Positions 9,140 to 20,651 are shown, numbered from the stretch's first letter. The stretch is 54,348 nucleotides of DNA from an uncultured Oligoflexus sp. (GCA_964236955.1 CAXSGP010000020.1:1-54348); one strand, 5' to 3'. Notes: generated by a model not told the origin, from the sequence alone. A program made the numbers and translations.

Positions 9140-10519
9140 ATGGCGATGAGTGTTTTTGATCTATTCAAGGTGGGCATCGGACCCTCGAGTTCTCATACGG
9201 TAGGTCCCATGCGTGCTGGTCAAAGATTTCTCAAAGGCCTGGAAGAAAAAAACCTGATGGCAAGTGTCGCCAGCGTCACGGTCGAGCTCTACGGATCTTT
9301 AGCGTTGACCGGCATCGGTCACGGTACGGACAAAGCGATCATGCTGGGTCTTTCCGGAGAATTGCCCGATCAAATTGATCCGGAAACGATAGAACCTAAA
9401 CTCAAGCTCATAAAATCCGCAGGTCAGTTATCCCTTGGCGGCCAGCATCTTATTGATTTTGATCATCAAAAGCACATAGTCTTTCTGCGCCGCAAGCTTC
9501 TGCCCCATCATTCCAATGGTATGCGGTTTACCGCCTATGATGCCAACTATAAGGAGCTCCATGCGCGCGTCTACTATTCCATTGGCGGGGGTTTTGTCGT
9601 CAACGAGGAAAACGCCAAACAGGATAAGCTTGCCAAAGATACGACCCAAGTCAAATATCCCTTCGAATCGGCCGCCGCTCTCCTTGCCACCTGCAAGCGG
9701 GAAAATCTTCGGATCGATCAGGTTATGCTGGCCAATGAATTGAGTTGGCGAAGTGAGGCCGAGGTTGGCAAAGGTCTCGACTTTCTGTGGAGCATGATGA
9801 AGGACTGTATCGATAGAGGCTGCCGCAACGAAGGCATTTTACCCGGCAAACTCAAGGTCAAACGTCGGGCTCCCGACCTTTATAAGGACCTGACGGCCAA
9901 TCCCCAAAAAGCTCTGAAAGATCCCTTAACGATACTCGACTGGGTCAACCTCTATGCCCTGGCGGTGAATGAAGAAAATGCAGCGGGATCACGCGTGGTC
10001 ACAGCGCCAACTAACGGTGCGGCCGGCATTATTCCCTCCGTTCTCAAATACTATGAAGAATTCTGTCCGTCAGCGGATCGCGAAGGCGTTCATCGGTTTC
10101 TCCTGACCGCGGCGGCGGTAGGCGTTCTCTATGCAGAAAACGCTTCGATCTCGGGAGCCGAAGTCGGCTGTCAGGGTGAAGTCGGCGTCGCCTGCAGCAT
10201 GGCAGCCGGTGGCCTGACCGCGGCGGTAGGAGGGACTCCGACCCAGGTTGAGGAAGCGGCTGAGATCGGCATGGAACATAATCTGGGACTGACCTGCGAT
10301 CCGATCGGCGGGCTCGTTCAGATCCCCTGCATCGAACGCAATGCGATGGGTGCCGTGAAAGCGATCAATGCCAACCGCATCGCCATGAAACGCGAAGGCG
10401 CCCACCACGTGTCGCTTGATTCGGTCATTGCCACGATGAGGGCTACCGGCGCGGATATGAAGACTAAATACAAGGAAACATCCCGTGGAGGTTTGGCGGT
10501 AAACGTCATAGAATGCTGA
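9140..10519 (+). CDS. sdaA: L-serine ammonia-lyase (Fe-S, fused beta/alpha)
   Basis: [35 protein letters not shown] and [19 protein letters not shown]. Confidence 0.97.
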   Translation: MAMSVFDLFKVGIGPSSSHTVGPMRAGQRFLKGLEEKNLMASVASVTVELYGSLALTGIGHGTDKAIMLGLSGELPDQIDPETIEPKLKLIKSAGQLSLGGQHLIDFDHQKHIVFLRRKLLPHHSNGMRFTAYDANYKELHARVYYSIGGGFVVNEENAKQDKLAKDTTQVKYPFESAAALLATCKRENLRIDQVMLANELSWRSEAEVGKGLDFLWSMMKDCIDRGCRNEGILPGKLKVKRRAPDLYKDLTANPQKALKDPLTILDWVNLYALAVNEENAAGSRVVTAPTNGAAGIIPSVLKYYEEFCPSADREGVHRFLLTAAAVGVLYAENASISGAEVGCQGEVGVACSMAAGGLTAAVGGTPTQVEEAAEIGMEHNLGLTCDPIGGLVQIPCIERNAMGAVKAINANRIAMKREGAHHVSLDSVIATMRATGADMKTKYKETSRGGLAVNVIEC

Positions 10520-10538
10520 GATTCCTTTGGAGGATTCT

Positions 10539-11507
10539 ATGGTTGGCCCGAAGATCACGGATCTGCTTAAAATACGCTACCCCATCATCGGTGGGGCCAT
10601 GTATCCCTGCAGCAATCCCGAATTGGTGGCTGCCGTATCAGCTGCTGGCGGTATCGGGGTGGTGCAACCCATCACGCTCACCTTCGTCAACAGATATGAT
10701 TTTCGCAAGGGTCTGCAGTATATCCGCAAGCTCACGCCCCATCCCATCGGCCTCAATCTGCTGATTGAAAAATCCTCGCAGAAATATCTGGAAAAAAATC
10801 AGGAATGGCTGGACATCGCTCTCGAAGAAGGCTTGCGGTTTTTTATCACCGCGCTTGGCAATCCGGATTGGGTGGTGCGCCGTGTCGAGAAAGAGGGCGG
10901 CATAGTCTTTCATGATGTCACGACACGCGATTGGGCCAAGAAGGCGATGGATGGGGGGGTCAAGGGGCTGATCTGTGTGAATAGTCGGGCCGGAGGCCAT
11001 GCTGGCGAAGAGAAGCCGCAGGACCTCTTGCGGCATCTGCGTGAATTTAACGTTCCCTTGGTTTGTGCCGGCGGGATCGGGGATCGCAATGCCTATGAGG
11101 CAGCACTAGCCTTGGGTTATAGTGGAGTGCAGATCGGCACCCGTTTTATCGCCACTAAGGAATGCACCGCGCACGACGACTATAAAGCTGCAATCCTTGC
11201 CGCCGAAGAAGATGACATTATTCTCACCAAAAAAATCACCGGGGTCCCAGTCGCTGTGATCAATACGGGCTACATGAAGGCACGCGGCGCCGAGACCAGT
11301 GCCGTGGCCAAATTTTTTCTAGACAATCCGGGGACCAAACACTGGGCCCGAATGTTTTTCAGCCTTCGCTCCGTCTGGCAACTCAAACAAAGCTGGGGCA
11401 AGGGGGGCGATTATAAAGAATTCTATCAAGCTGGCAAAAGTGTGGGTGGAATCAAAAGCATAGAGTCAGTTGCCGAAATTATCTCGTCTTGGGTTCAAAA
11501 GCCTTAA
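10539..11507 (+). CDS. Nitronate monooxygenase / FabK-like FMN TIM-barrel oxidoreductase
   Basis: YPIIGGAM, AGGHAG, AGGIGD and GVQIGTRF motifs; GGAGG RBS. Confidence 0.9.
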   Translation: MVGPKITDLLKIRYPIIGGAMYPCSNPELVAAVSAAGGIGVVQPITLTFVNRYDFRKGLQYIRKLTPHPIGLNLLIEKSSQKYLEKNQEWLDIALEEGLRFFITALGNPDWVVRRVEKEGGIVFHDVTTRDWAKKAMDGGVKGLICVNSRAGGHAGEEKPQDLLRHLREFNVPLVCAGGIGDRNAYEAALALGYSGVQIGTRFIATKECTAHDDYKAAILAAEEDDIILTKKITGVPVAVINTGYMKARGAETSAVAKFFLDNPGTKHWARMFFSLRSVWQLKQSWGKGGDYKEFYQAGKSVGGIKSIESVAEIISSWVQKP

Positions 11508-12394
11508 TTCTGGATCGCCTGATTGATAAACGTCAAAGCCAGGCGTCGGTATCGGGCGGCCTCATTGAGAAGTTCATGCTCCGCTCCGGCAATCCTTTTA
11601 AATTTCGCCGTTTGGCCGGTCAATTCATGCCATCTGTCAATCCAGGGTTGATAGACCAAGCCATCGACAACCGCCTCTTTTTCGCCCACTATTATGGCCA
11701 CCGGCACTTTCAGATTTTTCAAGTATTTTTTATCGTAGAGAACCGTGCACGCTCGGAACGTCGCATGCACCCAGGCGAAGGTTGGAGCTGAAGGCTTATA
11801 GGGTCCCTCGGTCATAGCCTTGAAGCGTTTTTTAGATTGGGTCAGCGGGTTGCCCTTGAAGGCTTTTTTGCGGTCGATGCCAGCCCCTGTCGAGCGGGCT
11901 GCAAAGGGACTGAGCGAGATGAGGCGCGCGAGCCATCGAGCCAGTGTCGGCGGCATGGGAGTTAAAAGGCCAAAGAGCGGCGAACAGAGGATGAGACTTT
12001 TTGGGGAAAGAACGTCTTTGAGTGTTCCATAAAGAGCGATCAGACCTCCCATGGAATGAGCCACGACAATATAGGGCTTGTTGCCAAAACTTGCTTTGAC
12101 CACCGCCGCCACATCTTCGGCAAAGGCATCATAACTCAAGACATGGGAGCGTGCGCCTTCGGAGCCCCCCTGACCGCGATGATCCATCGTCACCCATAGA
12201 GCGTTGTCGCCATAGAGGGTGTCGCTCGGTAAATCCTCGTACTTTTCAATCCATTCGCTGCGTCCATTGAGAAAGAGGATGCGGTACTGTGGATCCTTGA
12301 TTTCCCGAACTGCATAACGAATCTTGAGGCCATCAACGGGGGATTTTAACTGTTTGATCGACCATGTGGGGGCTGTTTTGGAATCGCGATTCAT
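11504..12394 (-). CDS. Lysophospholipase (PldB-like) alpha/beta hydrolase
   Basis: GRSEWIEKY, DHRGQGGS, AHSMGG and GAEHELLNE motifs. Confidence 0.9.
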   Translation of the reverse strand: MNRDSKTAPTWSIKQLKSPVDGLKIRYAVREIKDPQYRILFLNGRSEWIEKYEDLPSDTLYGDNALWVTMDHRGQGGSEGARSHVLSYDAFAEDVAAVVKASFGNKPYIVVAHSMGGLIALYGTLKDVLSPKSLILCSPLFGLLTPMPPTLARWLARLISLSPFAARSTGAGIDRKKAFKGNPLTQSKKRFKAMTEGPYKPSAPTFAWVHATFRACTVLYDKKYLKNLKVPVAIIVGEKEAVVDGLVYQPWIDRWHELTGQTAKFKRIAGAEHELLNEAARYRRLALTFINQAIQN

Positions 12395-13127
12395 CGTCGT
12401 GAGCCTCTTGAAGCCAGAGTTTCATTTGTCTCGGATAATTAGTGCATAAGCCTTTTACGCCCACTGTCATGAGATAGGACCAAAGCTGTTCCCGATTATT
12501 TTCATCGCGTAGGCCGACGTAAGGATTGACTTCGATCTGTCTGGCATCGGCTATGCGCATCATTTGAGGCGTGAGAAGTTTCGCCTCGGGATGATAGATG
12601 CGGATGCCGTGTTTTTTCATAAAGGCCAGTGGGCCAAGCTGAAAGGAACCTGGCATCCATAGGTATTTGTCCCAGAGCAGGGCGACCTTTAGATTGGGAA
12701 AAAGGCGGGCGCTTGCGGCGCAGGTGTTCTTGTCGAAGCTTGAAATGACGATGCGCTCGGCAAGAGGATGGTTTGCCAGGAGCCTGCCTACCGCCTCAAC
12801 GATTTCGTTGCCGGTGGCTTTGATTTCGACGTTGATCTCAATCTTAGCTAAAAGTTCTTCACAGACTTCATCAAGAAAGGGCAGTTCCTCACCGTTACTG
12901 AGGCGCACGGTTTTCTTTATTTCAGCGCGGGTCATTTGCCTGAGGGCTTTGTCGAGGCCGGCCGTTCGTTTGAGGTCTTCATCGTGAAGTATGGCGATTT
13001 GATTATCTGCGGTGAGATGGACATCAAGTTCGATGCGGTCGGCACCCAGGTCGACAGCGGTCCGAAATGCGGCCCAGCTATTTTCGAGGGCTTCGGTACA
13101 GGCGCCCCGATGGGCAATGACTTTCAT
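12333..13127 (-). CDS. Glycerophosphodiester phosphodiesterase
   Basis: IAHRGA, ENS..AF, IELDVHLTAD, HD..L.RT, NVEIK, ISSFD and TNYP motifs. Confidence 0.93.
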   Translation of the reverse strand: MKVIAHRGACTEALENSWAAFRTAVDLGADRIELDVHLTADNQIAILHDEDLKRTAGLDKALRQMTRAEIKKTVRLSNGEELPFLDEVCEELLAKIEINVEIKATGNEIVEAVGRLLANHPLAERIVISSFDKNTCAASARLFPNLKVALLWDKYLWMPGSFQLGPLAFMKKHGIRIYHPEAKLLTPQMMRIADARQIEVNPYVGLRDENNREQLWSYLMTVGVKGLCTNYPRQMKLWLQEAHDDESRFQNSPHMVDQTVKIPR

Positions 13128-13373
13128 AAGGCTCCTTTTAAAGCAGCAAATAGAGAGCCGTGGGCATGCTTTGAGCTGATCATAACCTACCTTTAGATTG
13201 AACTCAATCGCGGGTGAGCGGAGTCGTTTCTCGTCTGTCCCAGGATCGATTTGTCATCGTCTCATTGAGGATTACCAGAGCTGATGACGATTAGTGTGGT
13301 CTTAGAGCGAGAGGCTGGCTAGACTTTCGCAGGCATATGAGAAAAACAGCTGGCCTATGGGGCAGGAGGAGCT

Positions 13374-14513
13374 TTGCGAATCGCAATTGATGCCCGGATG
13401 ATACGTCAGGGCAGCATGCATGGTATTGCGCGCTACGTTTATCAGCTTTTGCAGGGGCTGCGGGTGGGCGCCTCTCGTCATGATTATTATGTGCTCATCA
13501 ATAAGGGCTCACCGCTTGTAGAGATGGATTGGCCCTCCTTTGTGCATCTCGTAAGTGCCAATTCGCCATGGATTAGTGTGCGCGAGCAGCGAGAACTGCC
13601 TCAGATCCTCAAGCGTCTTCAGGTTGATCTCTTCCATGCGCCTTCCTTTGTCGCCCCGATCTTCGTGCCCTGTGCGATGGTTATGACGATTCACGATTTG
13701 AACCATATGGTACTGCCGCAGTTTTATACCCTTTTCCATCAGATGTATTATCAAGTGGTGGTGCAACGCAGTATCAAACGCTCCAAATATATTCTGACCG
13801 TCAGCAAATTCAGCAAGAAAGAAATCGTTCGGACCCTGGCGCTGGATCCCGATAAGATATTTGTCACCTACAATGGTGTTTCGGAAGATTACAAGCCGGT
13901 TGAAGACAAGTTCTATCTTGAGTATGTAAGAGATATCTATGGGCTGCCCGAGCGGTTTATCTTCTGTGTGTCGAACAACAAGCCACATAAAAACGTTCAT
14001 CAGTTGGTGAGGGCTTATTGCTATTCCAATATCGATATACCCTTGGTGCTGGCCTGTCCGACCGATCCGAATCTGATCCGCATCGCTGAAAACTATGGTA
14101 AAAAACATCTCGTTTATTTTTCGAAGTTTATCGAGGAGCAGCATCTGCCGGCGGTCTATTCCTTAACGGATCTGTTCGTATACCCTTCGACCTATGAGGG
14201 CTTTGGTCTGCCGCCGCTGGAAGCCTTAGCCTGCGGCGCCCCAGTCGTAGTGGCGAGGTCATCCAGTCTGCCGGAGGTCGTTGGCGATAATGCTATATTC
14301 GCCAACCCCTTTGACTACAAAGCGATTGCCGCTGCCCTCGAAAGCGGTGTTTATGATACAGCGCTTCGTGATCAGCTGAAGAAAAAGGGTTTGAGTCATG
14401 CGAGAAGTTTCTCGTGGGATCAAATGATAGAAAAAACCATACAGGTCTATGAACTCTGCGAGGCTTCCGTAACAGTTCAGTCAAGTCAGCTTGGGTTGGT
14501 CAAGGGTTCGTGA
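13374..14513 (+). CDS. Glycosyltransferase family 4 (GT-B)
   Basis: MRIAIDAR (TTG start), TIHDL and [19 protein letters not shown]. Confidence 0.93.
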   Translation: MRIAIDARMIRQGSMHGIARYVYQLLQGLRVGASRHDYYVLINKGSPLVEMDWPSFVHLVSANSPWISVREQRELPQILKRLQVDLFHAPSFVAPIFVPCAMVMTIHDLNHMVLPQFYTLFHQMYYQVVVQRSIKRSKYILTVSKFSKKEIVRTLALDPDKIFVTYNGVSEDYKPVEDKFYLEYVRDIYGLPERFIFCVSNNKPHKNVHQLVRAYCYSNIDIPLVLACPTDPNLIRIAENYGKKHLVYFSKFIEEQHLPAVYSLTDLFVYPSTYEGFGLPPLEALACGAPVVVARSSSLPEVVGDNAIFANPFDYKAIAAALESGVYDTALRDQLKKKGLSHARSFSWDQMIEKTIQVYELCEASVTVQSSQLGLVKGS

Positions 14514-14544
14514 TGCGGGTGGCTCGATCGAAATGAGGTAGAAA

Positions 14545-15738
14545 GTGCGAATCGGAATAAACGGCCGTTTTTTGGTGGCAAAACGCACGGGCGTGCAACG
14601 CGCGGCTTACAATTTGGTCAAAACGCTGTTCGATATCGATCAAGAAAATGAATATGTGCTGTTTACCGGGGAAGATCAGGCGGAAGAGTGGCGCAAGTAC
14701 CCAAATGTAACCCTGGTTACCAGTCGGCTCAAGGTGGGCGGCAACCTGCGCAACCATCTCTGGGAGCAAATTGTGCTTCCAAGGCTTGCCTATCGGCATA
14801 AAATTGATATTTTGCATTCTCCGGCAAATATGGCTCCAATGTTTTATTCAGGAGCGTCGGTCGTGCATATCCACGATCTCTGCTTTGTGGTGAATCCCCA
14901 GTGGTACAGCTACACCTTTCACACCGCTTACAATCTGGCGATTCCGCGTCTGGCGGAAAAAGCCACGCGCATTATCACCAACAGCAATAACTCGCGGAAT
15001 GACCTGCTCCAATTCTACAACGTCGATGCCAGCAAGGTGAGGCTGATCTATTGGGCGGTCGACCAGACCTTTGGCGCTCGCGACGGGAACAGCAACGAAA
15101 GTCTTAGCGAGTCGGACTATATTCTCTATGTCGGTTCCTTGGAGCCGCGGAAAAATATCGGCAATCTGATCGATGCATTTGAACGCATGCGCTCGCGTAA
15201 CCCCGACCTCAAGACCAAACTCGTTTTGATAGGCGGGGAAAGTCCGCTCTTTGCCAATGTTCGTGTCCAAATCAAGACCTACCATCAGGATGTCGTGTTT
15301 AAGGGATTTGTCAGCGATGAAGAACTTAGGCAGTATTATCGTCAGGCTCAGGTCGTCGCCTACCCCAGCCTGTACGAAGGCTTTGGCCTGCCGCCCCTTG
15401 AAGCGATGGCAAGTGGAGCACCGGTGGTCACCTCGAATACCAGCTCGCTCCCGGAGGTGGTGGGTAATGCTGCCCTTATGGTCAGCCCATACGACTGTGA
15501 TCAGTTGGCCGATACTCTGGCGATGATCGTACGTGATCCCCTGCTGCGGCGGGAGATGCGAGCGCGAGGCTATGAACAGGTCAAAAAATTCAACTGGTAC
15601 AGAGTTGCGCGAAATATCCTGGCGGTATATTACGAAGTTTACTGTGAGACGCATAAAGTTCAGGGTGATAACAGTCTGCCCTTCGCCAAATGGAAAGTCA
15701 TGATGCAGCGCGAAAAGGCTTTTCTGGCAAAAGTCTGA
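14545..15738 (+). CDS. Glycosyltransferase family 4 (GT-B)
   Basis: [17 protein letters not shown] and [19 protein letters not shown]. Confidence 0.93.
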   Translation: MRIGINGRFLVAKRTGVQRAAYNLVKTLFDIDQENEYVLFTGEDQAEEWRKYPNVTLVTSRLKVGGNLRNHLWEQIVLPRLAYRHKIDILHSPANMAPMFYSGASVVHIHDLCFVVNPQWYSYTFHTAYNLAIPRLAEKATRIITNSNNSRNDLLQFYNVDASKVRLIYWAVDQTFGARDGNSNESLSESDYILYVGSLEPRKNIGNLIDAFERMRSRNPDLKTKLVLIGGESPLFANVRVQIKTYHQDVVFKGFVSDEELRQYYRQAQVVAYPSLYEGFGLPPLEAMASGAPVVTSNTSSLPEVVGNAALMVSPYDCDQLADTLAMIVRDPLLRREMRARGYEQVKKFNWYRVARNILAVYYEVYCETHKVQGDNSLPFAKWKVMMQREKAFLAKV

Positions 15739-15804
15739 AAGCCCGGTCCGCCGTCATACCATTCGCCGTGACCTGAGATCGATTCCAATTGTGAGGAACC
15801 TGCA

Positions 15805-17187
15805 ATGAGACAGCGTATTAAGAATTTGATGGCCGATGCCAAAGAAGATCAAAAAGTCACTATATTTGCTTGGTTGCGATCAAAACGTGTCTCTAAAAAT
15901 GTAGCTTTTCTGGTGGTTAACGACGGCTCGACGCAAAAGGATTTGCAACTTGTCGTCGATGGGCAAAATGCTGACTTCGCCAAGTTGAATGAGCTTGGCA
16001 CGGGCGCGTCGCTGCGCGTTGAAGGGGTTTTCAAGGCTTCGACCGGCAAGGGCCAGGAGATGGAAGTGCACGTCGATAGCTTTGAAATATACGGCGCCTC
16101 CCCCGAGGAATATCCCCTTCAGAAAAAGGGCCACACTCTGGAGTTTTTACGCGAAATAGCCCATTTGCGCGGCCGAACCAATAGTTTTGGTGCGGTTTTT
16201 CGCGTTCGCAATCAGCTTGCAGTGCTGGTTCATCAGTTTTTTCAAGGGCGGGGTTTTCAATGGGCGCACACCCCCTTGATCACATCTTCCGATGCTGAGG
16301 GTGCTGGCGAAATGTTCCAGGTCACCACGCTGCCCCTCGATAAGCTGCCCCGGGACGCCAAAGGTGCCATCGATTTTAAGCAGGATTTTTTTGGGAAAAA
16401 GGCACACCTGACGGTAAGTGGTCAGCTGAACGGAGAAGCGCTTGCCCTCTCGGTCGGTGACATTTATACTTTTGGACCGACCTTTCGCGCTGAGAACTCT
16501 AATACCACGCGCCACCTGGCAGAGTTTTGGATGGTTGAGCCTGAGATGGCGTTTGCCAATCTCAAAGATGACATGAACCTCGCCGAAGAGTTTTTGCGCT
16601 ATGTCTTTGCTGAAATCGTCAAGCGCTGTCCGGAAGAGCTTGACTTTCTCGGCACTCATTACAAAAATTCGTCGGTGGAACAGATTGCCGCTCTTGCCGG
16701 TCAGGACTTTGCTCGAATCACATATACTGACGCAGTCAAGGAGTTGCAGAATTCCGGAACGAAGTTTGAATACCCGGTTGCATGGGGTACGGATCTACAA
16801 ACCGAGCATGAACGCTTTTTGACCGAGGTCATCTTTAAGAAGCCCGTTATCGTCACCGACTACCCCAAAGACTTCAAAGCCTTCTATATGCGCCTAAATG
16901 ACGATGGAAAAACCGTCGCAGCTATGGATGTTTTAGCGCCTCGGATCGGTGAAATCATTGGCGGTTCCCAGCGTGAAGACAGGATTGATATCCTAAAAAG
17001 CAGGATGCGGGATTTCCATATCGCCCCTGAGGATTTATCCTGGTATATCGATTTGAGAAGGTTTGGTGGAGTGCCCCATGCTGGCTTTGGACTCGGTTTC
17101 GAGCGACTTGTCCAGTACGTAACTGGAATGGCAAATATACGCGATGTCATTCCGTTCCCTCGATATCCTCAGGGGATTCATTTTTAA
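15805..17187 (+). CDS. asnS: Asparagine--tRNA ligase
   Basis: [35 protein letters not shown] and GFGLGFERL. Confidence 0.97.
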   Translation: MRQRIKNLMADAKEDQKVTIFAWLRSKRVSKNVAFLVVNDGSTQKDLQLVVDGQNADFAKLNELGTGASLRVEGVFKASTGKGQEMEVHVDSFEIYGASPEEYPLQKKGHTLEFLREIAHLRGRTNSFGAVFRVRNQLAVLVHQFFQGRGFQWAHTPLITSSDAEGAGEMFQVTTLPLDKLPRDAKGAIDFKQDFFGKKAHLTVSGQLNGEALALSVGDIYTFGPTFRAENSNTTRHLAEFWMVEPEMAFANLKDDMNLAEEFLRYVFAEIVKRCPEELDFLGTHYKNSSVEQIAALAGQDFARITYTDAVKELQNSGTKFEYPVAWGTDLQTEHERFLTEVIFKKPVIVTDYPKDFKAFYMRLNDDGKTVAAMDVLAPRIGEIIGGSQREDRIDILKSRMRDFHIAPEDLSWYIDLRRFGGVPHAGFGLGFERLVQYVTGMANIRDVIPFPRYPQGIHF

Positions 17188-17229
17188 GAAGCTTTCAGAG
17201 ACTAGCTGTGACCCGCTAAGAACAATGTA

Positions 17230-17259
17230 TTGACCATTCTGTCGATCATCGGCTATATT
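17230..17259 (+). promoter_or_regulatory. Sigma70-type promoter of rplM-rpsI
   Basis: TTGACC-N18-TATATT. Confidence 0.6.
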
Positions 17260-17265
17260 CCGGGC

Positions 17266-17447
17266 CTCTAGAGTGCGTAGAGACTGATAAGCTTAAGCGT
17301 TCCTTTAGGAAATAACACGCGGACCTGGCTGATGAGAAGGACCACGCGCAAGAGAATTTTTATTGCCGACTAGCTGGGTTGAGGCAAGAAATTCTGATTT
17401 ATGCGACATCCCTCATGCTTTGACAGGCGTGCACACGACAACTGGAG
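17266..17447 (+). promoter_or_regulatory. Structured 5' leader of rplM
   Basis: Long rod-like hairpin; the 5' CTCTAG is complementary to CTGGAG at the SD. Confidence 0.5.
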
Positions 17448-17458
17448 AGTAGATTTCC

Positions 17459-17908
17459 ATGAAAACCACCAGCGTTAAGCCCACAGACATCAATAAAAAG
17501 TGGGTTCTGTTTGATGCAAACAATCTAACTGTAGGGCGTTTGGCTTCTGAAGTTGCTCGCATTTTGCGCGGCAAGCACAAGGTCAACTTCGTGCCTCATC
17601 TTGATTGTGGCGACAATGTTGTAATTATCAATGCTGATAAGGTCAACTTTACTGGCCGTAAATGGGCTCAAAAGTTTTACTACCATCACTCAGGTTTCGT
17701 TGGTGGTATCAAGGCTACAGCCGCTAAAGACGTCCTAGCGAACAAGCCCGAGCGTATTCTTCAGCATGCTATCAAAGGTATGTTGCCGCATAACAAGCTT
17801 GGCCGCAAAGTTCTTAATAACGTCAAGATCTATGCAGGTAGCGAACACCCACATGAAGCTCAAAAGCCAGTGGCTAGTGAGCCTACTCGTTTGGGCAAGG
17901 AAGGATAA
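17459..17908 (+). CDS. rplM: 50S ribosomal protein L13
   Basis: GRLASEVARILRGKHK, PHLDCGDNVVIINA and HPHEAQKP. Confidence 0.98.
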   Translation: MKTTSVKPTDINKKWVLFDANNLTVGRLASEVARILRGKHKVNFVPHLDCGDNVVIINADKVNFTGRKWAQKFYYHHSGFVGGIKATAAKDVLANKPERILQHAIKGMLPHNKLGRKVLNNVKIYAGSEHPHEAQKPVASEPTRLGKEG

Positions 17909-17911
17909 AGC

Positions 17912-18307
17912 ATGGCAACGAAGGGTACTATACATACTGTTGGTAAACGTAAGACTGCAATCGCTCGCGTTTATCTGAAGCCAGGCAAGGGTGTTATCAC
18001 TATCAACAAGCGTGATATTGATGATTATTACTTGCGCGCAACCTCTAAAATGATCGTTCGTCAAGCTTTCGAATTGACGGGTAATGCCGATAAGTTCGAC
18101 ATGATCGTCAATGTTTGCGGCGGTGGCTTAAATGGCCAAGCTGGTGCGATTCGCCATGCCGTCAGTCGAGCCCTTGCTGAGCTTGATCCCGAAAATCGCC
18201 ACATTCTCAAAGCTGAAGGTTTGATTACTCGCGATTCTAGGAAGAAAGAACGTAAATTGTACGGTCAGAAGTCAGCCCGTGCACGCTACCAGTTCTCTAA
18301 GCGCTAA
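17912..18307 (+). CDS. rpsI: 30S ribosomal protein S9
   Basis: [23 protein letters not shown] and [10 protein letters not shown]. Confidence 0.98.
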   Translation: MATKGTIHTVGKRKTAIARVYLKPGKGVITINKRDIDDYYLRATSKMIVRQAFELTGNADKFDMIVNVCGGGLNGQAGAIRHAVSRALAELDPENRHILKAEGLITRDSRKKERKLYGQKSARARYQFSKR

Positions 18308-18393
18308 TTCGACGCTAAGATCGTTAGTGAATTTTACTTTGGTCTTTATCAATTTGTGGAGACTGGGATTCACTTGCGAGGAGCTAAGACCCG

Positions 18394-18726
18394 ATGGCTG
18401 AAACTATAGATGCAATTGACATTGAGTATACTGAAGACGACAAGATAGTCGTCAAGCAGCTTGATAAGAATGTACTTACCCGCGGAAGCTGGACAACGAT
18501 CATGTTCCTTTATCAGGAACTTGATAAAAACACCGCCGAATATGGACCTTCGAAGGTCTCAATTCGCCGGTACCAGAAACGCAATGGCGTCTATCGCCAG
18601 CAAAGTAAGTTTAATATTTCGAGCGCGAAGCAGGCCAACGAGATGATTTTGGCCCTTCAAAAGTGGTATCCGAAAGACGGCGTCTTCGTTCCTGAAGGGG
18701 CAGCCGTATCGGACGAAGCTGAATAG
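18394..18726 (+). CDS. Conserved hypothetical protein
   Basis: GAGGAG RBS; globular-looking sequence (LDKNVLTRGSWTTIMFLYQE, IRRYQKRNG..QQSKFNISS). Confidence 0.85.
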   Translation: MAETIDAIDIEYTEDDKIVVKQLDKNVLTRGSWTTIMFLYQELDKNTAEYGPSKVSIRRYQKRNGVYRQQSKFNISSAKQANEMILALQKWYPKDGVFVPEGAAVSDEAE

Positions 18727-18744
18727 TGGATGCGACCCTCTCCT

Positions 18745-19449
18745 TCAAAAGAGAGGGTCATCTATTTTCGGGCGCATAAAGCGGGCTAAAAGGCTCCGCT
18801 TTTTTTGCTTTGGGGCCAAAAATTTTTGCGATTTCTCAAAACGAGCGATACGATTTTGAATGTGTTGCAATGTTTTGCTGGGATCCTGGGCCACTGAAGC
18901 GCTGACCCATTCCCGACGGCCTAATTCAAGGGACAAGTGCCTTAGGTAAGGCGGTCCACTGGGAAACCAGGGGCTAGGCGGAAATCCCCGCATCTCCCGC
19001 TTCTCGCCCAGACTGAGGGCTAGCGTATCGAGAAATTGTGCCTCAGCCCCTGTCGCCGCCACCAGCCGTAAATGATCAAATTTTCCCACTATAAAGCAAA
19101 GACTGATCAAGCGGCTGACGCTCTCATCATGCTGCTCAAAATTGCTCAAAGTCCCCCAGAAAAGTAGGCCCCAGCGATCATGCTGCTTGGGAAAGTTTTG
19201 GAGTTCGGCCCAGGCCAAAGCCTCATCATCTTCACCCAAAAGCAGCCAGCGTCCGCTGACCATAGGCGAGGGATGGCTTTTGTTTTTCACCAAATTCGGA
19301 GCTTTGCCAATCGAACCTGGCAACTGTCTGCGAACTATGCCAAAAGTCTCGGCCTGCGCTCCTTCCCAGCGACAGGAGTGAAGCCAGCGCCGATTCCCAC
19401 AGGTGATCGTAAAATCCTCGAAGTCGGGACCCAGAAGTTTGCTCGGCAT
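18745..19449 (-). CDS. Hypothetical protein
   Basis: 234-aa ORF filling the gap; basic C-terminus; no family recognised. Confidence 0.7.
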   Translation of the reverse strand: MPSKLLGPDFEDFTITCGNRRWLHSCRWEGAQAETFGIVRRQLPGSIGKAPNLVKNKSHPSPMVSGRWLLLGEDDEALAWAELQNFPKQHDRWGLLFWGTLSNFEQHDESVSRLISLCFIVGKFDHLRLVAATGAEAQFLDTLALSLGEKREMRGFPPSPWFPSGPPYLRHLSLELGRREWVSASVAQDPSKTLQHIQNRIARFEKSQKFLAPKQKKRSLLARFMRPKIDDPLF

Positions 19450-19549
19450 CTTTTTCTCTCATTACGTCAGGAAAACAATGCTACCATGGACAATGTAGCT
19501 GGGAAAAAGACGGATCGGTATCCCAGACTTTCAAAAAAGGAGATAGGCC

Positions 19550-20059
19550 TTGTTTAGTCCACAGAAAAAAGGGGGTCCGAACCTCGGAAGGCGCGATCAA
19601 CTGAAAGATTTTGCCGTTACTATCATTACCAACGGCTGTCATTTTTCGGGCAAACTCTACTGCAAAGGCAGTACTAGGATCGGTGGGAAAGTCGAAGGCG
19701 AAATTATCTCTGAAGGTCTGCTCATAGTTGAAGAAGGAGCGACTATCAACGCTGAGGTTCGTGTTGAAGACATCGTGATTCAGGGTCATTTCAAGGGTAC
19801 TTTGGAAGCTGCGGGAAAAGTTGAGTTGAGCAGCTCCTGCGTCTTTGAAGGGGATATCAATACGGCGTCACTCGTCATTCAAAAAGGTGCGCAGTTCAAT
19901 GGTCGCACAAAAATGGATGGCGTTCGTTTGTCTGATCGCCATGCCCTTGTCGACCCTGACGAGACCTTTCATAGCACACTCATCGGTGCGTCCTTGCATT
20001 CCTCGGAGTCATTGAAGGCCAATGATTCCAATATAAGAGTCCCTGAAATCAACGTCTGA
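19550..20059 (+). CDS. Bactofilin (polymer-forming cytoskeletal protein, CcmA family)
   Basis: TII..G..FSGKL, RIGGKVEGEI, GDI.TASLVI.KGAQFNG beta-helix repeats; AGGAG RBS before TTG. Confidence 0.9.
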   Translation: MFSPQKKGGPNLGRRDQLKDFAVTIITNGCHFSGKLYCKGSTRIGGKVEGEIISEGLLIVEEGATINAEVRVEDIVIQGHFKGTLEAAGKVELSSSCVFEGDINTASLVIQKGAQFNGRTKMDGVRLSDRHALVDPDETFHSTLIGASLHSSESLKANDSNIRVPEINV

Positions 20060-20306
20060 TGGGGCTTCAGCCTCTTCGCTGGCCCGTTTTTCGGGCCTAG
20101 TCTTATAATCAAGACAGTTCTGTCTTCTGCAGAATCGCGCCTCCTTGGTCGCCGGTTTTTTTGCCACTCAAAGCTGACGAATCGGCAGCTGCCCTCAAGC
20201 CCCAGCGGTGATCCCGCCTTGTCTCAATACCGAGCCTTAAAACAAACAACTAGGGATTTCCCGGTCAAGTTTGATATTATTCTGCTTCAATCAAAAAGAG
20301 GGACTT

Positions 20307-20639
20307 ATGAAGGTTCTCGCTGCTTCGCTTTCGTTTTTTATCCTCCTCGGATGCACTCAAGAATCTCAAAACAGAATCTCTCGTTCCGTTCAAAATTGGA
20401 CCGGGACCAACGGCGTGCTCGACGTGATCAGTTCGGGAAAGCTTATGTACCGATTTATCAACATCGATAAGCTCACGACGGGCGAGCAAACGGGAGGCAG
20501 TGAATCGCGAGCCTACCGCTTCGGCTACGGAGTTATGGACACGAATATGAACTATGTCGCCGATCCAGGCGAAAAAAAGCTCTATTTTGAGATCAGCGAC
20601 TACAGCACGAGCTATATTTTTTATGAAAACCCTCATTAA
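20307..20639 (+). CDS. Small hypothetical lipoprotein
   Basis: GAGGG RBS; lipobox LLG-C. Confidence 0.8.
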   Translation: MKVLAASLSFFILLGCTQESQNRISRSVQNWTGTNGVLDVISSGKLMYRFINIDKLTTGEQTGGSESRAYRFGYGVMDTNMNYVADPGEKKLYFEISDYSTSYIFYENPH

Positions 20640-20651
20640 GGAAGCGACCGC

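Noticed and set aside
17329..17360. CTGATGAG as a hammerhead ribozyme core
   Set aside because: No stem II followed by GAAA; these bases pair within the leader hairpin.
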